Origin: a virus
Virus record (IMG/VR): IMGVR_UViG_3300047476_000982
Coordinates: 96,001-160,000 of that record
Strand: one strand, 5' to 3'
Length of the DNA: 64,000 nucleotides
Made by a program: the position numbers and the translations under genes. Position 1 is the stretch's first letter. The number at the start of each line of letters is the position of its first letter. Positions 41,126 to 50,780 of this stretch are shown piece after piece. The notes beneath the pieces are model-generated. The model was not told where the DNA came from. It worked only from the letters and a program-made list of their open reading frames with translations, and did not search any database.

Positions 41126-41998
41126 TTAATTCCATTCAGAAATTTTGTTTTCTATAAAATCTAACATTTGTTTTGGTTTAGTATGTCCAAAGTAATGAAG
41201 AACTTTTGATTTTTCCTGTACTTTAAGATCTAGATAAGAAGGATAAAAATAATATTCATCGGTATTTAAAAGAACATAATTAGTACTAAACATTCTATTT
41301 AATAAAGAATGAAAAGATTGTTCTTGTGTGTCTATTAAAGTTCTAGTAAATCCAGTTTTTTCAGATCCATCTAAATTATATATTCCAGAAAAATCAAAGC
41401 AATTTAATAATTCAATAAATGTTGAAGGATTCATAAAATTATCAAACATTTTTAAATTCATTCCCTGAAATCCAGCATTAATACCAAAATTAAAATAAGG
41501 AACTAGGTTTCTTAAGTCTGATTGGAACAATGAGCTTAGGCTATTTAATAGTGCTTTATCACAATTTGGATTAGCAGGTTCATGTATTCCAAAAGGTATT
41601 TTATTTTTTATACATTTATCTAAATCTTTTAGATCTTTTGAATTAAATATTATATCATACTCGTATGCTAATGCGTAATCAAATCTTAAAACTCTTCTTA
41701 AATAATGAAATATTATTATATGGTAAAAATGAACAAAATTAGGAATTTTAGATTCAAATTGTTCATCTATATATCCGCACTGCTTTCCATAATCTATCAT
41801 GTCTTTAGTAGAATACCATGTTATACTTGTAGGTAATTCTTTTATTTTGGCAGTCCATTCATCTTCATAATCAAAAGAATGAAGTATTATATGCAAATCA
41901 AATTTTATATTAGGAAAAGATTCTAATAATTGCTTAATACAAAAATACTCTAATTTTCCTTTCTTATGCCACAATCTAGCTACTGGTATGGTATTCAT
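41126..41998 (-). CDS. GT8-like glycosyltransferase
   Basis: YEYDIIF, INAG, EQS, LHYFG..KP. Confidence 0.55.
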   Translation of the reverse strand: MNTIPVARLWHKKGKLEYFCIKQLLESFPNIKFDLHIILHSFDYEDEWTAKIKELPTSITWYSTKDMIDYGKQCGYIDEQFESKIPNFVHFYHIIIFHYLRRVLRFDYALAYEYDIIFNSKDLKDLDKCIKNKIPFGIHEPANPNCDKALLNSLSSLFQSDLRNLVPYFNFGINAGFQGMNLKMFDNFMNPSTFIELLNCFDFSGIYNLDGSEKTGFTRTLIDTQEQSFHSLLNRMFSTNYVLLNTDEYYFYPSYLDLKVQEKSKVLHYFGHTKPKQMLDFIENKISEWN

Positions 41999-42879
41999 TT
42001 GTAATATTCATTTAGATATTCTATTAGGCAAACTTTCCAATTTCTCATATAATTTTTATTTAAATCATTTAGAGATTTGTTAATTAGTTTTTCTGAATAT
42101 GGTCTTGGTGCAAAATATTCATTTTTAAAATGATCACTAGATACTTTATTTATTTTTAAACCTAAATTTAAATATTCATTAATTGCTAATGCTGTTTCAT
42201 ATCTACTAGCTTCTCCATTACTAACCATATTATAAAGTCCATAAGGAAGTTCTTCTTCTATATGTTTTATAATTGAAGATGCAAAATCTTTTGTATAAGT
42301 AGGAACTCCTAATTTATCATCTACTACAAATAATTCTTTAGCTCCTGAATTTATTTGTTTCATTAACTTATTAACAAATTTTTTATCTTTATCAGGTCCT
42401 CCACCCATCATCCAACCTGCTCTAAATATCCAGTATTTTTCATAGCTTTGATTTTGTATAATTTGCTCAGTGTAGTATTTACTTTTTCCATACGCACTTA
42501 AAGGATACGGTGTATCTTCTTCTGTATAAAATTCTTTATCATTTCCAAATATACCTGCGGTACTTATAAAAACATAAGGAATATTTCTATCTTTAGCTAG
42601 ATTAAACAAATGTAAAGCAGAAATTGTATTTGTCAAATAACAATCATCTTTTTCTTTTTCACAATATTCTAAATCTACTAATGCGGCAAAATTTAAAATA
42701 ATATCAGGATTATATTTTTCTACTATCTCATTACAACTTTTTATGTCTCTTATATCACAATATACTTCTGATTCTTCTTTGTCTGTAATTATTAATTCGT
42801 AGTTATCATTTATTTTTTGTAGTGTAGTTCCTAACATCCCACTTCCTCCAAATACTAATATCTTATTATATTTTTTCAT
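41995..42879 (-). CDS. rfbD: dTDP-4-dehydrorhamnose reductase-like SDR
   Basis: GGSGMLG, NFAALVD, YGKSK, PTY, PRP. Confidence 0.85.
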   Translation of the reverse strand: MKKYNKILVFGGSGMLGTTLQKINDNYELIITDKEESEVYCDIRDIKSCNEIVEKYNPDIILNFAALVDLEYCEKEKDDCYLTNTISALHLFNLAKDRNIPYVFISTAGIFGNDKEFYTEEDTPYPLSAYGKSKYYTEQIIQNQSYEKYWIFRAGWMMGGGPDKDKKFVNKLMKQINSGAKELFVVDDKLGVPTYTKDFASSIIKHIEEELPYGLYNMVSNGEASRYETALAINEYLNLGLKINKVSSDHFKNEYFAPRPYSEKLINKSLNDLNKNYMRNWKVCLIEYLNEYYK

Positions 42880-42880
42880 T

Positions 42881-43480
42881 TTATATAGTGTTATAAAAGT
42901 TATTTTGTTTTTCTTGTCGTACTATATCTTTAGGATGAAATAAACAGTATTCTTCCATTTGTGGCAATGCTGAGTATGTTTCAAATCCATCTAAGCGTTC
43001 ATGTACTTTATTTATCCACTTAATCTTACTATTGTTTTTCCATATTCTCCATTGATAATCAGGGAAGTTAATCCATCCTTTATCATTAATATTCCAACGC
43101 CAATTGCCAATGTGTTGCGCAGTTAGTCCTTCAACTGTATTAATCCTAGGTATTAAAAGTACATCAATTGTTTGATTGTATTCTAATATATCTCCCAAGT
43201 TAGTAATTAAATGTGCGTGAGGATATTCATCTGCATCTATTTGAAAGATATAATCTTTAGTACAATACTTACTAAGATTATTTTTAAATGATGCAAAGTC
43301 TTTATTAAGAGGAAACTCTATGTAGTCTTTAGCAATTTGTCTCACCTCCTCAGTCGCATTAGAGTCTAATTGGACCACGATTTGATCTTCTTGACGTATA
43401 TTATTAGTCAATAATTCTAATAAGAATGATAATTCTCTGTGCTCGTTACAAGCGGTTATAGCATAACTAATTGATGGCAT
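42881..43480 (-). CDS. GT2-family glycosyltransferase
   Basis: ISYAITACNE, YIFQIDADE, PDYQWRI, VHERL. Confidence 0.88.
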   Translation of the reverse strand: MPSISYAITACNEHRELSFLLELLTNNIRQEDQIVVQLDSNATEEVRQIAKDYIEFPLNKDFASFKNNLSKYCTKDYIFQIDADEYPHAHLITNLGDILEYNQTIDVLLIPRINTVEGLTAQHIGNWRWNINDKGWINFPDYQWRIWKNNSKIKWINKVHERLDGFETYSALPQMEEYCLFHPKDIVRQEKQNNFYNTI

Positions 43481-43485
43481 AACAT

Positions 43486-44245
43486 TTATTTTATATCAAA
43501 GAAGCCGATATAGTCACAGGCTTCAAAATAATCTTTACCAAAACTTTTTAGTGTCTTAGAATCTGATTTGTACTTTTTTCCTTTGAACTTAGGTTGTTCT
43601 TTTTCTTCTTTAGTAAGTTTTACACTTTTAATAGAACTCCATTCCCATTCATCTTTTGAAGTACCATTAGCAAATACAGTTCCTTTACCTTCTACATTAA
43701 TTATATTAGGATACCAAACCCTTCCTTCTTCATCAACTTCTTTTATATCTTTATAAAGTTCTGGAAGTTCATTCTCATATTCTTCAAAGTTAAATTCAGC
43801 TTCACGCATTAAATCATTTGTTTGAAAACCACAAGATAGACAAACATAAGCTTTGTGAAATTCATTTACAGGCTGAGTGTAGCACGATTCAGGTGCTTTA
43901 CATTTTGGACATGCTATTAAATTATCAGTCATTGAGTTGTTGTTTAGTTGTGTAAGTAATACTTGTTCCAGGAGGTAGGTTTGTTAAATCAAATCTAGTA
44001 GTACCTGTTTGACCTAGAGTAGTGAATATTTGACTACTAGATGAAGCAAAGGATACGCTACCTGTAAGAGGCATTGTGACAGATAGCGGACTTCTTATAT
44101 AACGAGGAGTTAATTCTTCAATAGAATTATCACTTACTTCATCTAAAACTTCTTTTATTCTATCCCACTGTTCAGGTGTAGCAGTGAAGTCATTACATGC
44201 TTCTGTAAAACCTTTTAACCATATTACAAATTCACTTGATGTCAT
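43486..44245 (-). other. two hypothetical ORFs (43486-43932, zinc-ribbon CxxC..CxxC; 43925-44245)
   Basis: ORF track. Confidence 0.6.
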
Positions 44246-45549
44246 TAGTCTACTTTTTTAAGTTTAGGAAGTTCTATCTTCTTTAGTTGAGGAAGTTGCA
44301 GTCCTACTTGTTTTGGTATCTTATCTAAGTAAGTGGCAAGTAAGTTTTTCATCTCATCAAATGAAAATTTAGTTTTAGATGTATGAGATTGTCTTTTAGC
44401 AAGTTCTTCATACTTAGAATATTTTTCATAAACATTCTTTAAGTGTGTACTTGCTTGGGTAATATCTGGACTGAACCACATAGACTCTGGTAATATCATA
44501 TTTTGTACTTGTGCTGATGGATGGACGTTTTTTAATTCACCTCCAATAAAGCAGCAGAATTCTCTATCAAGAAAATCTATATGTCCTGACCAAGCTGATA
44601 CAATAATTGGCTTTTTGCTAAGAGTGAACTCTAATAAAGGTCTACCAAATCCTTCACCCTTAGTTAAATTAAACATTGCTTTTACTTTAGGATGATTATA
44701 AAGATTATTAATGTCTTTGTCATCTAATTCACCATGGAGTAAATATACGCTAGGTAAATCTCCGTCAACTGTATTTTTAATAGAGTCTATCTTTTTAAGC
44801 ATTTCATCACGATCCATTATACTAGATCCTGCACCAGATGTTTTCATTATTAATGCAGGTTTATTTTTCTTACCTTTAAATGTTTCTAGAAATGTTTTTA
44901 GCATTAAGCTAGTATTTTTTCTATCTTCACCAATTTCTCCTTGAAGCCAATGTCCTACATATAGAAAACAAAACTCTTCTTTAATTTCGTCTAATTCAAG
45001 CACTACATCTGTTTCTTCAAGATCTTCATCTTCAATGTAAAAGTATTTATTTAAATCTACTCCTTCAAATAAAACTTCAACTGGTTTTTCAAGTTTAATT
45101 ACTCCAAGAACTTGATTTTGTTGGTCTCTTTTTTCAAATGTAGATTGTTGAAATACTTTTTTAGAATGTTCTGAAGATACTAAAGTTATATTCATTCTAT
45201 TAACTCCTTCAATCCAACTAGGATCGCAAATTGTAGTTTCAATACCAGCCGTCAAACCTATATTATATTTTCCAATAGGTTGAAATTCATTTGGTACGGT
45301 AATTTGAATCCAAATGTCTGGTTGTTTTGGTAATTGAGGGATTTGAAGTATTAGGGATTCTAACCAACTATACTCTTCTTTATTGTCTTTGATATATCCC
45401 CAAGGAGTAACTCCCCAACGTTGAGATATGATTTTAATATCATACTCATCTTTTTTTAATTCATATAAAGCTTTAACAAAGTCTCTAGATCTAGCACCAT
45501 AACCTGAATATGTGTCAATAGGACAACTAATTACGCACAACTGTTTCAT
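44245..45549 (-). CDS. GT4-like glycosyltransferase
   Basis: SGYGARSR, RKN, TKGEGFGRPLLE, SGHIDF. Confidence 0.85.
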   Translation of the reverse strand: MKQLCVISCPIDTYSGYGARSRDFVKALYELKKDEYDIKIISQRWGVTPWGYIKDNKEEYSWLESLILQIPQLPKQPDIWIQITVPNEFQPIGKYNIGLTAGIETTICDPSWIEGVNRMNITLVSSEHSKKVFQQSTFEKRDQQNQVLGVIKLEKPVEVLFEGVDLNKYFYIEDEDLEETDVVLELDEIKEEFCFLYVGHWLQGEIGEDRKNTSLMLKTFLETFKGKKNKPALIMKTSGAGSSIMDRDEMLKKIDSIKNTVDGDLPSVYLLHGELDDKDINNLYNHPKVKAMFNLTKGEGFGRPLLEFTLSKKPIIVSAWSGHIDFLDREFCCFIGGELKNVHPSAQVQNMILPESMWFSPDITQASTHLKNVYEKYSKYEELAKRQSHTSKTKFSFDEMKNLLATYLDKIPKQVGLQLPQLKKIELPKLKKVD

Positions 45550-45550
45550 A

Positions 45551-46993
45551 TTAATAAACTAAAGGGTGTACAATTTTTTTTCTTTCTAATTTTTCTGTTT
45601 TAATTAATTCAAACTGTTTTTTAGGTTTGAATGTATTAATAGTTTCATTGATAGTAGATATAACATTATCGCACATATGATTTGCACTCATCATAGATTC
45701 ATTAGATAGCGCCCATTCTCTACCTGCCATACCTCTATTATTTCTTTCATCAGGAGATAAGTTATAGCAATCTTCTATTGCTTTAGCAACGTCTCTAAAA
45801 TCGCATCTATCATCATAAATGTAAGGAGTCGGTATAGATCCTACTATACTAATATTTGTTGGAAATACTGGTAAAGACCATTTACCGTGTTTTTTATATC
45901 TTCCAAAATGATTAGAACAAAATTTATCATTGAAGTCAATCCACTTACCATCTTCATCTTCAAATCTCATTTGATCTTGCATTCCTCCTGTGACGTTTGC
46001 TATGATCATTTTGCCTGCCATCATAGATTCAGTTAGAGACAATCCCCAACCTTCATTAGAAGATATTAGTGCAGTTACATCAGACATATTGTAAAGTAAA
46101 TTTATATCTTCTGCATTAAGTCTTACATCTGAAAAATATACTTTTTGATATTCTGGATTACATAGCAATTCTGTAACAGCGTTTAAATCAGTTCCATTTT
46201 CATCTGCTCTTTGAGTGTGCATTAATAAAGCACATTTACTAGCTTTTTCTTTTCCTATCTTATCACAGAAAGTAGCATACGCAGCAATTAAATCAGAAGT
46301 ACTTTTTCTTCTAATATTTCTAGCATTATAAAATACAACAAACTCAGGCTTAAAATCACCAAAAATTTCTTTTTTCTTTTTTTCTAATGCCTCATTTTGA
46401 TTCTGCATAAATTCAGTAATAGGATAGAATATCTTTTCATTAATTCCATGAGGAACATATTTAAGAATTTTCCCTTTTACTTTATCTCCTAAAACCATTT
46501 TATTTATATTAAGAGTTTGTTTTGATATTGCCATCAAAGCATCACAAGAATCATAAAATGATTTATTATACAACGGAGCAGGAAGATCATCCCAAATATT
46601 TAAATAAATCATAGGTATTTTTTTCCTAATCTCATTTTCCATTTGAAATAACCATACCCAATATCTAGGATCTGTAAAAAACATTATTGCATCAGGCCTT
46701 TCCATTTCTATAAGCTGCCTAATTAATTCAGGACTTCCATATCCATTAATAGGGTAAATAAAAACAGAAGAATCATTTATGCCCATGATCCTATTTGTGT
46801 CAGCAGATATGTCCAATTTTTTTCCTTGATCAGGATGATTAATTGCACCACCTACATTTACCCAATTAAATATATGAGAACTTCCCACAACTATTTCTCT
46901 AGCCATTGTAGAGATACCACTTGTCATTCTAATATCATCACATAGAAAAAGAATTTTTTTTCTTTGTGTTTGAGGAATATAACCATTTATCAT
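45551..46993 (-). CDS. GT4-family glycosyltransferase
   Basis: VPHGI, RNIRRK, LYNMSDV...SNEGWGLSLTESM...TGG. Confidence 0.9.
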   Translation of the reverse strand: MINGYIPQTQRKKILFLCDDIRMTSGISTMAREIVVGSSHIFNWVNVGGAINHPDQGKKLDISADTNRIMGINDSSVFIYPINGYGSPELIRQLIEMERPDAIMFFTDPRYWVWLFQMENEIRKKIPMIYLNIWDDLPAPLYNKSFYDSCDALMAISKQTLNINKMVLGDKVKGKILKYVPHGINEKIFYPITEFMQNQNEALEKKKKEIFGDFKPEFVVFYNARNIRRKSTSDLIAAYATFCDKIGKEKASKCALLMHTQRADENGTDLNAVTELLCNPEYQKVYFSDVRLNAEDINLLYNMSDVTALISSNEGWGLSLTESMMAGKMIIANVTGGMQDQMRFEDEDGKWIDFNDKFCSNHFGRYKKHGKWSLPVFPTNISIVGSIPTPYIYDDRCDFRDVAKAIEDCYNLSPDERNNRGMAGREWALSNESMMSANHMCDNVISTINETINTFKPKKQFELIKTEKLERKKIVHPLVY

Positions 46994-47000
46994 GTGTAAC

Positions 47001-47219
47001 TTATTTTATTGCTTCAATTAAACTAGATCCTGTGTAGTGAGTATTATATTGTTCGTGAATACTTTGTCTAAATGCTGAGTCTGTAAGATACATAAACATA
47101 GCTCTTTCAACTATATCTTGTAAATTTATTTTAGTCTTAACAGATGTTACTTTAAAATCTTCGTATAGAGTTTCAGGTATCTTTACCGATGTTATAACTC
47201 TTTTTGATTTACTTACCAT
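47001..47219 (-). CDS. ribbon-helix-helix-like small DNA-binding protein
   Basis: ITSVKIPETLYEDFK beta-alpha-alpha pattern. Confidence 0.45.
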   Translation of the reverse strand: MVSKSKRVITSVKIPETLYEDFKVTSVKTKINLQDIVERAMFMYLTDSAFRQSIHEQYNTHYTGSSLIEAIK

Positions 47220-47278
47220 ATTTCTTTTATAATAAATATACTAGAATATACAAATAAATATGTAAATAAAAAAATATT

Positions 47279-48184
47279 TTATAGAGTTTTATTACACAAG
47301 TCTGGCTTATTTGTATAGGGACAGAACTTACAACTATTGATATTCTTTGTATAAGATCTTTCTTTATTATGCTTAGCATTGGGATTGAAACATTCTCTTA
47401 TGAATTTAGAGAAGTCTTCAAATGCATCTTGCACTTTTTTCTTTCCATTAGCTGGTATAAACTCTTGAACTCTATAAGTTGGATAATCTGGATTAACAAA
47501 TACTTTTCTCTTTACTATAAAGAATTTAACATCAATCTTCTCTTCTGGAACATTCATCGCCTTTGAATAAAACCTCTTGTAAAGAAGTATTTGATTTATT
47601 TTTGTTTGATCTTTCTTTTCATAATCAGACCATCCTTTAGTTGATGTTTTTATATCATAGATAGTGTATTTATCTACAGCCTTTTCGTATATTATGAAGT
47701 CTATAGATCCATTCATAAGAACTCCAGGGATATCATCTATAACTGGAAGTAGGATAGGAATTTCTATACCTACTAAATCAGATGTCTTTCTGGAAAAGTA
47801 TTTAGATCTATTTTTCTTGAACCAATCTAAAGTAGCTTGACCATCTATTAAGAATTCTTTTAACTCTTCTTTAGTACTAAAGTGTTCATTCTTATTGTCT
47901 ACTAAACTCTGTTTGTAATTCTCTATAAGTCTATCTTCAAGTATCTTATTTAAGTCAAGTTCATCTGCAGCTTTACCAGATTTTTCATACATAAGTTTTA
48001 GATACTCTTGTATAGTCTCATGCATTGCAGTACCATAAACTAAATATATAGAAGGCTTGAATGAACTCTCTTTCTTTATATAAGTTAAATACCATTGGTA
48101 TTCGCATTGCTTATAAATAGAATATTGAGAATAGGATACGGGGGTTTGAGTAGCCCAATTGATGTTTAAATTAGGTTTGGGCAT
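47279..48184 (-). CDS. PD-(D/E)XK nuclease (RecB/Cas4-like)
   Basis: SYSQ..Y..C, GTAMHE, GSID, DIKT, Q..LY, C-terminal CxxCP...C. Confidence 0.88.
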   Translation of the reverse strand: MPKPNLNINWATQTPVSYSQYSIYKQCEYQWYLTYIKKESSFKPSIYLVYGTAMHETIQEYLKLMYEKSGKAADELDLNKILEDRLIENYKQSLVDNKNEHFSTKEELKEFLIDGQATLDWFKKNRSKYFSRKTSDLVGIEIPILLPVIDDIPGVLMNGSIDFIIYEKAVDKYTIYDIKTSTKGWSDYEKKDQTKINQILLYKRFYSKAMNVPEEKIDVKFFIVKRKVFVNPDYPTYRVQEFIPANGKKKVQDAFEDFSKFIRECFNPNAKHNKERSYTKNINSCKFCPYTNKPDLCNKTL

Positions 48185-49058
48185 TATTTCTTTTTACCTG
48201 TAATAATAGATTTAATTTTTTGTAGATATAGAATGGCATCCATATGTTCTTCAATAGCGGCTTCTATCCACTGTTCTAAAGACCAATCTTCACGATCTAA
48301 AGTAACACCATATTTTTCTTTACCTACTCTAGAACGATCAATAAACTTATCTACAATTGAATCTACAATAGAATCAGTCTTAACTACTATTCTACTATTA
48401 GAATCATTATATGTTGTTATTGTTCCGTATATGTCTTTATTCTTGCTCATTAGCTAATTCTTTAGGATAAAAGTCTTTATTAACATGTCCACATTTTGTA
48501 CATACAAATGTTGCAATAGGAATAACTCCGTCTTGCATTTCTCCTGTCAAAAACTTACTAACCTTACGAAGCATGAGAGCTTCTTGAAATGTTGTATTAG
48601 AACACTCTTCGCATACTACTGACGTAGTCTTTTTTAAGTCTATATTGACTTTCATTCTTTGATCTTGCATATTATTTATTTTTAAATAGGTCTTTAAGTT
48701 TTTTTGCTGGTACTATTGTATTATACTCATCATCTATTAATGGAGCTCTCCATACTTCATAAGCAATCCATAGCGCTGCTAATGCAAATAATGCTAAAAG
48801 CATAGTTTATATTTTTTTAAGATTCCAATAAAGTTCTCTTACTTTACCTCCTAACTCTTGATCATTAGGTGTTGAATAGATTAATTCTTCACTTACGGTA
48901 ATTAACCTTCTACTACGTTCTTGGCTACACATATGTGGTTGATAGCATCCTTGACCAGCACCTTCAACATATCCTATTCTAGTGTCGATGTGATCATTAA
49001 ATCTGTATGGTGTATCTTTACCACACATTACGCATTTGTCAATTGGGTTGTTTTGCAT
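48184..49058 (-). other. hypothetical ORFs (48184-48450; 48437-48670, zinc ribbon; 48807-49058)
   Basis: ORF track. Confidence 0.65.
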
Positions 49059-49135
49059 AACTATTATTTTATTAATACAATAATAAGAAGATATCTTTAA
49101 ATAGATAAATTAAAAATAATAGTGTAAAAGATTTG

Positions 49136-49207
49136 TTGCTGTACCTAGAATCGAACTAGGACTTTTTGGACCGGAACCAAATGTGCTATCCCTTACACTA
49201 TACAACA
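49136..49207 (-). tRNA. tRNA-Arg(CCG)
   Basis: Acceptor TGTTGTA/TACAGCA, anticodon arm TTTGG-TTCCGGT-CCAAA, A after the D-loop GG. Confidence 0.85.
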
Positions 49208-49212
49208 AAGGA

Positions 49213-49247
49213 AAATAAAAAAGGGACTTATTAGGTCCCTTTTTATT
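49213..49247. terminator. terminator-like hairpin with A- and T-runs on both sides
   Basis: AAAAAAGGGACTTATTAGGTCCCTTTTT. Confidence 0.7.
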
Positions 49248-49342
49248 GAGTACACTGCAGTTACCTGCTGTGGTTTGAACAACTCGCAAAGGGTTCTAAT
49301 GTAAGCTCTCAAACCACGGAGTACTTGAGTTTCCGAAGCTAG

Positions 49343-49414
49343 AGCCACCAGTCAGGCTTGATCTGACACCTCTCCCGGTCGGAGTGGGAGGCTTCTACAT
49401 TGAACTATGGCGGC
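49343..49414 (-). pseudogene. degenerate tRNA (possible CCG anticodon)
   Basis: Acceptor GCCGCCA/TGGTGGC and T-stem GTCAG/CTGAC intact; T-loop ATCAAGC; mismatches in the D and anticodon stems. Confidence 0.6.
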
Positions 49415-49551
49415 GAGTATCTTGAAGGATACTCAAACCTGCCTTGCGACAGTTTATTCGAGTTGTCTGCTCTAGATAGTTATAAAAACCGATTTAGTCG
49501 GCAAGGATTAGCCTATCTAGTCCCTTTGTTGTATTTGTATTTATAAATATC

Positions 49552-49890
49552 TTAACTAAATACAGAAACACCTATAACAGTTCCTATAGTTGCTGATATT
49601 AAAAATATAATTTGATCAATTCTAGTACCGTATACCATTCTCTGTACATTTAACATAAATGATAACCAAAAAAAGAATGCTACAAAAGTTAATGTAATAT
49701 CTGCACGCATCGTACCTTCTGCCCATCTAGCACTAATATTACTTCTCATCATAGCATGGAGAAATGCTGATGTAAACGCTAATACAAACGTAATTGGATT
49801 GTAGCTATTTACTTTAAGATACTGTGTAAATAGTGATTTATTTCCTTGAGTTAATACTTTTTTAATTTTCGGTTTTATTTGTTTTTCCAT
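49552..49890 (-). CDS. membrane protein
   Basis: Start trimmed to MEKQIK; three hydrophobic segments. Confidence 0.65.
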   Translation of the reverse strand: MEKQIKPKIKKVLTQGNKSLFTQYLKVNSYNPITFVLAFTSAFLHAMMRSNISARWAEGTMRADITLTFVAFFFWLSFMLNVQRMVYGTRIDQIIFLISATIGTVIGVSVFS

Positions 49891-49904
49891 AACTGTTAAT
49901 TTAG

Positions 49905-49991
49905 TACCTGGAGTGGGACTTGAACCCACACGAGCTTTTTCTGCTCACAAGATTTTAAGTCTTGCGCGTATACCGATTTCGCCACCCAGGT
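49905..49991 (-). tRNA. tRNA-Leu(TAA)
   Basis: Anticodon arm CAAGA-CTTAAAA-TCTTG, long variable arm. Confidence 0.95.
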
Positions 49992-50000
49992 TTATTTAAT

Positions 50001-50158
50001 GCTGTCAGGGGAGGACTCGAACCTCCATGCTGCAATTCAGTATTAGACAAAATAGCCGGCTTTGTGGTCAACCCATATCTAAATACCTATCTTGTTTTTC
50101 AGCGCCCACGAGACGAGTGGGTGTGTATGCCATGTAGCTACTCTTTCACCACCTGACA
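50001..50158 (-). ncRNA. tRNA-like element f (~96-nt insert, enlarged D-loop)
   Basis: TGTCAGGTGGTGAA...GGAGGTTCGAGTCCTCCCCTGACA; compensatory T-A terminal pair. Confidence 0.75.
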
Positions 50159-50162
50159 ATGA

Positions 50163-50381
50163 TTAAAAAATTCTGTCTTGTTTTTCTTGTTTATACTCTT
50201 TGTACTTTCTTACCCAAGTAAAGCTAACATCAACTGCCATCAATACTGGTGCCATTACTAATATGGCTAATGTTTCTAATGCAGGAGATGCATATAGAGG
50301 ATCTTCATTTCTTTTGGCATAACTTGTATACATTTTATATATACAGTAAATTATGCTGATAATGTAAATAGTTAGTATCAT
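50163..50381 (-). CDS. small membrane protein
   Basis: ORF track. Confidence 0.6.
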   Translation of the reverse strand: MILTIYIISIIYCIYKMYTSYAKRNEDPLYASPALETLAILVMAPVLMAVDVSFTWVRKYKEYKQEKQDRIF

Positions 50382-50527
50382 AACGTTTTATTTATTCAAA
50401 AATAAGAAGATATTTTGATATTAACACAATCAATCTTTAGAGTGATTAATTTTATTGGTTTATAAAGATATTTATTCTTGTACCCACAGTATAAGTTGGG
50501 GCATATTTTTAACTTAAATCATTAGAA

Positions 50528-50698
50528 ATGAAAAAAAATGAATTGTTAGGTCTTATCAGACACGCCCTTACTTTTGTCGGCGGTATTATCGTTGCAAAAG
50601 GTTTAATTGATGAGAGCCTATTTCAAGAACTCCTTGGTGGTGTTATGACTTTGTTTGGTGCTGGTTGGTCTCTTTGGGAGAAGAAAAAAGCTGCGTAA
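50528..50698 (+). CDS. putative holin-like small membrane protein (56 aa)
   Basis: Read manually: MKKNELLGLIRHALTFVGGIIVAKGLIDESLFQELLGGVMTLFGAGWSLWEKKKAA; ATATTTATT upstream; terminator downstream. Confidence 0.7.
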   Translation: MKKNELLGLIRHALTFVGGIIVAKGLIDESLFQELLGGVMTLFGAGWSLWEKKKAA

Positions 50699-50720
50699 TT
50701 AACAACACTTTATTTAAAAC

Positions 50721-50753
50721 AAAAGAAAGCCGGTTTATGCCGGCTTTTTTTTA
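50721..50753. terminator. bidirectional rho-independent terminator
   Basis: AAAGCCGG-TTTATG-CCGGCTTTTTTT between convergent genes. Confidence 0.85.
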
Positions 50754-50780
50754 TTAAAAGGCTACTGTTCTTTAACTATT

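Noticed and set aside
47279-48184. Cas4 / CRISPR system
   Set aside because: A solo RecB/Cas4-like nuclease is common in phages; no array or other cas gene is in the window, and nothing links it to the tRNA-like elements
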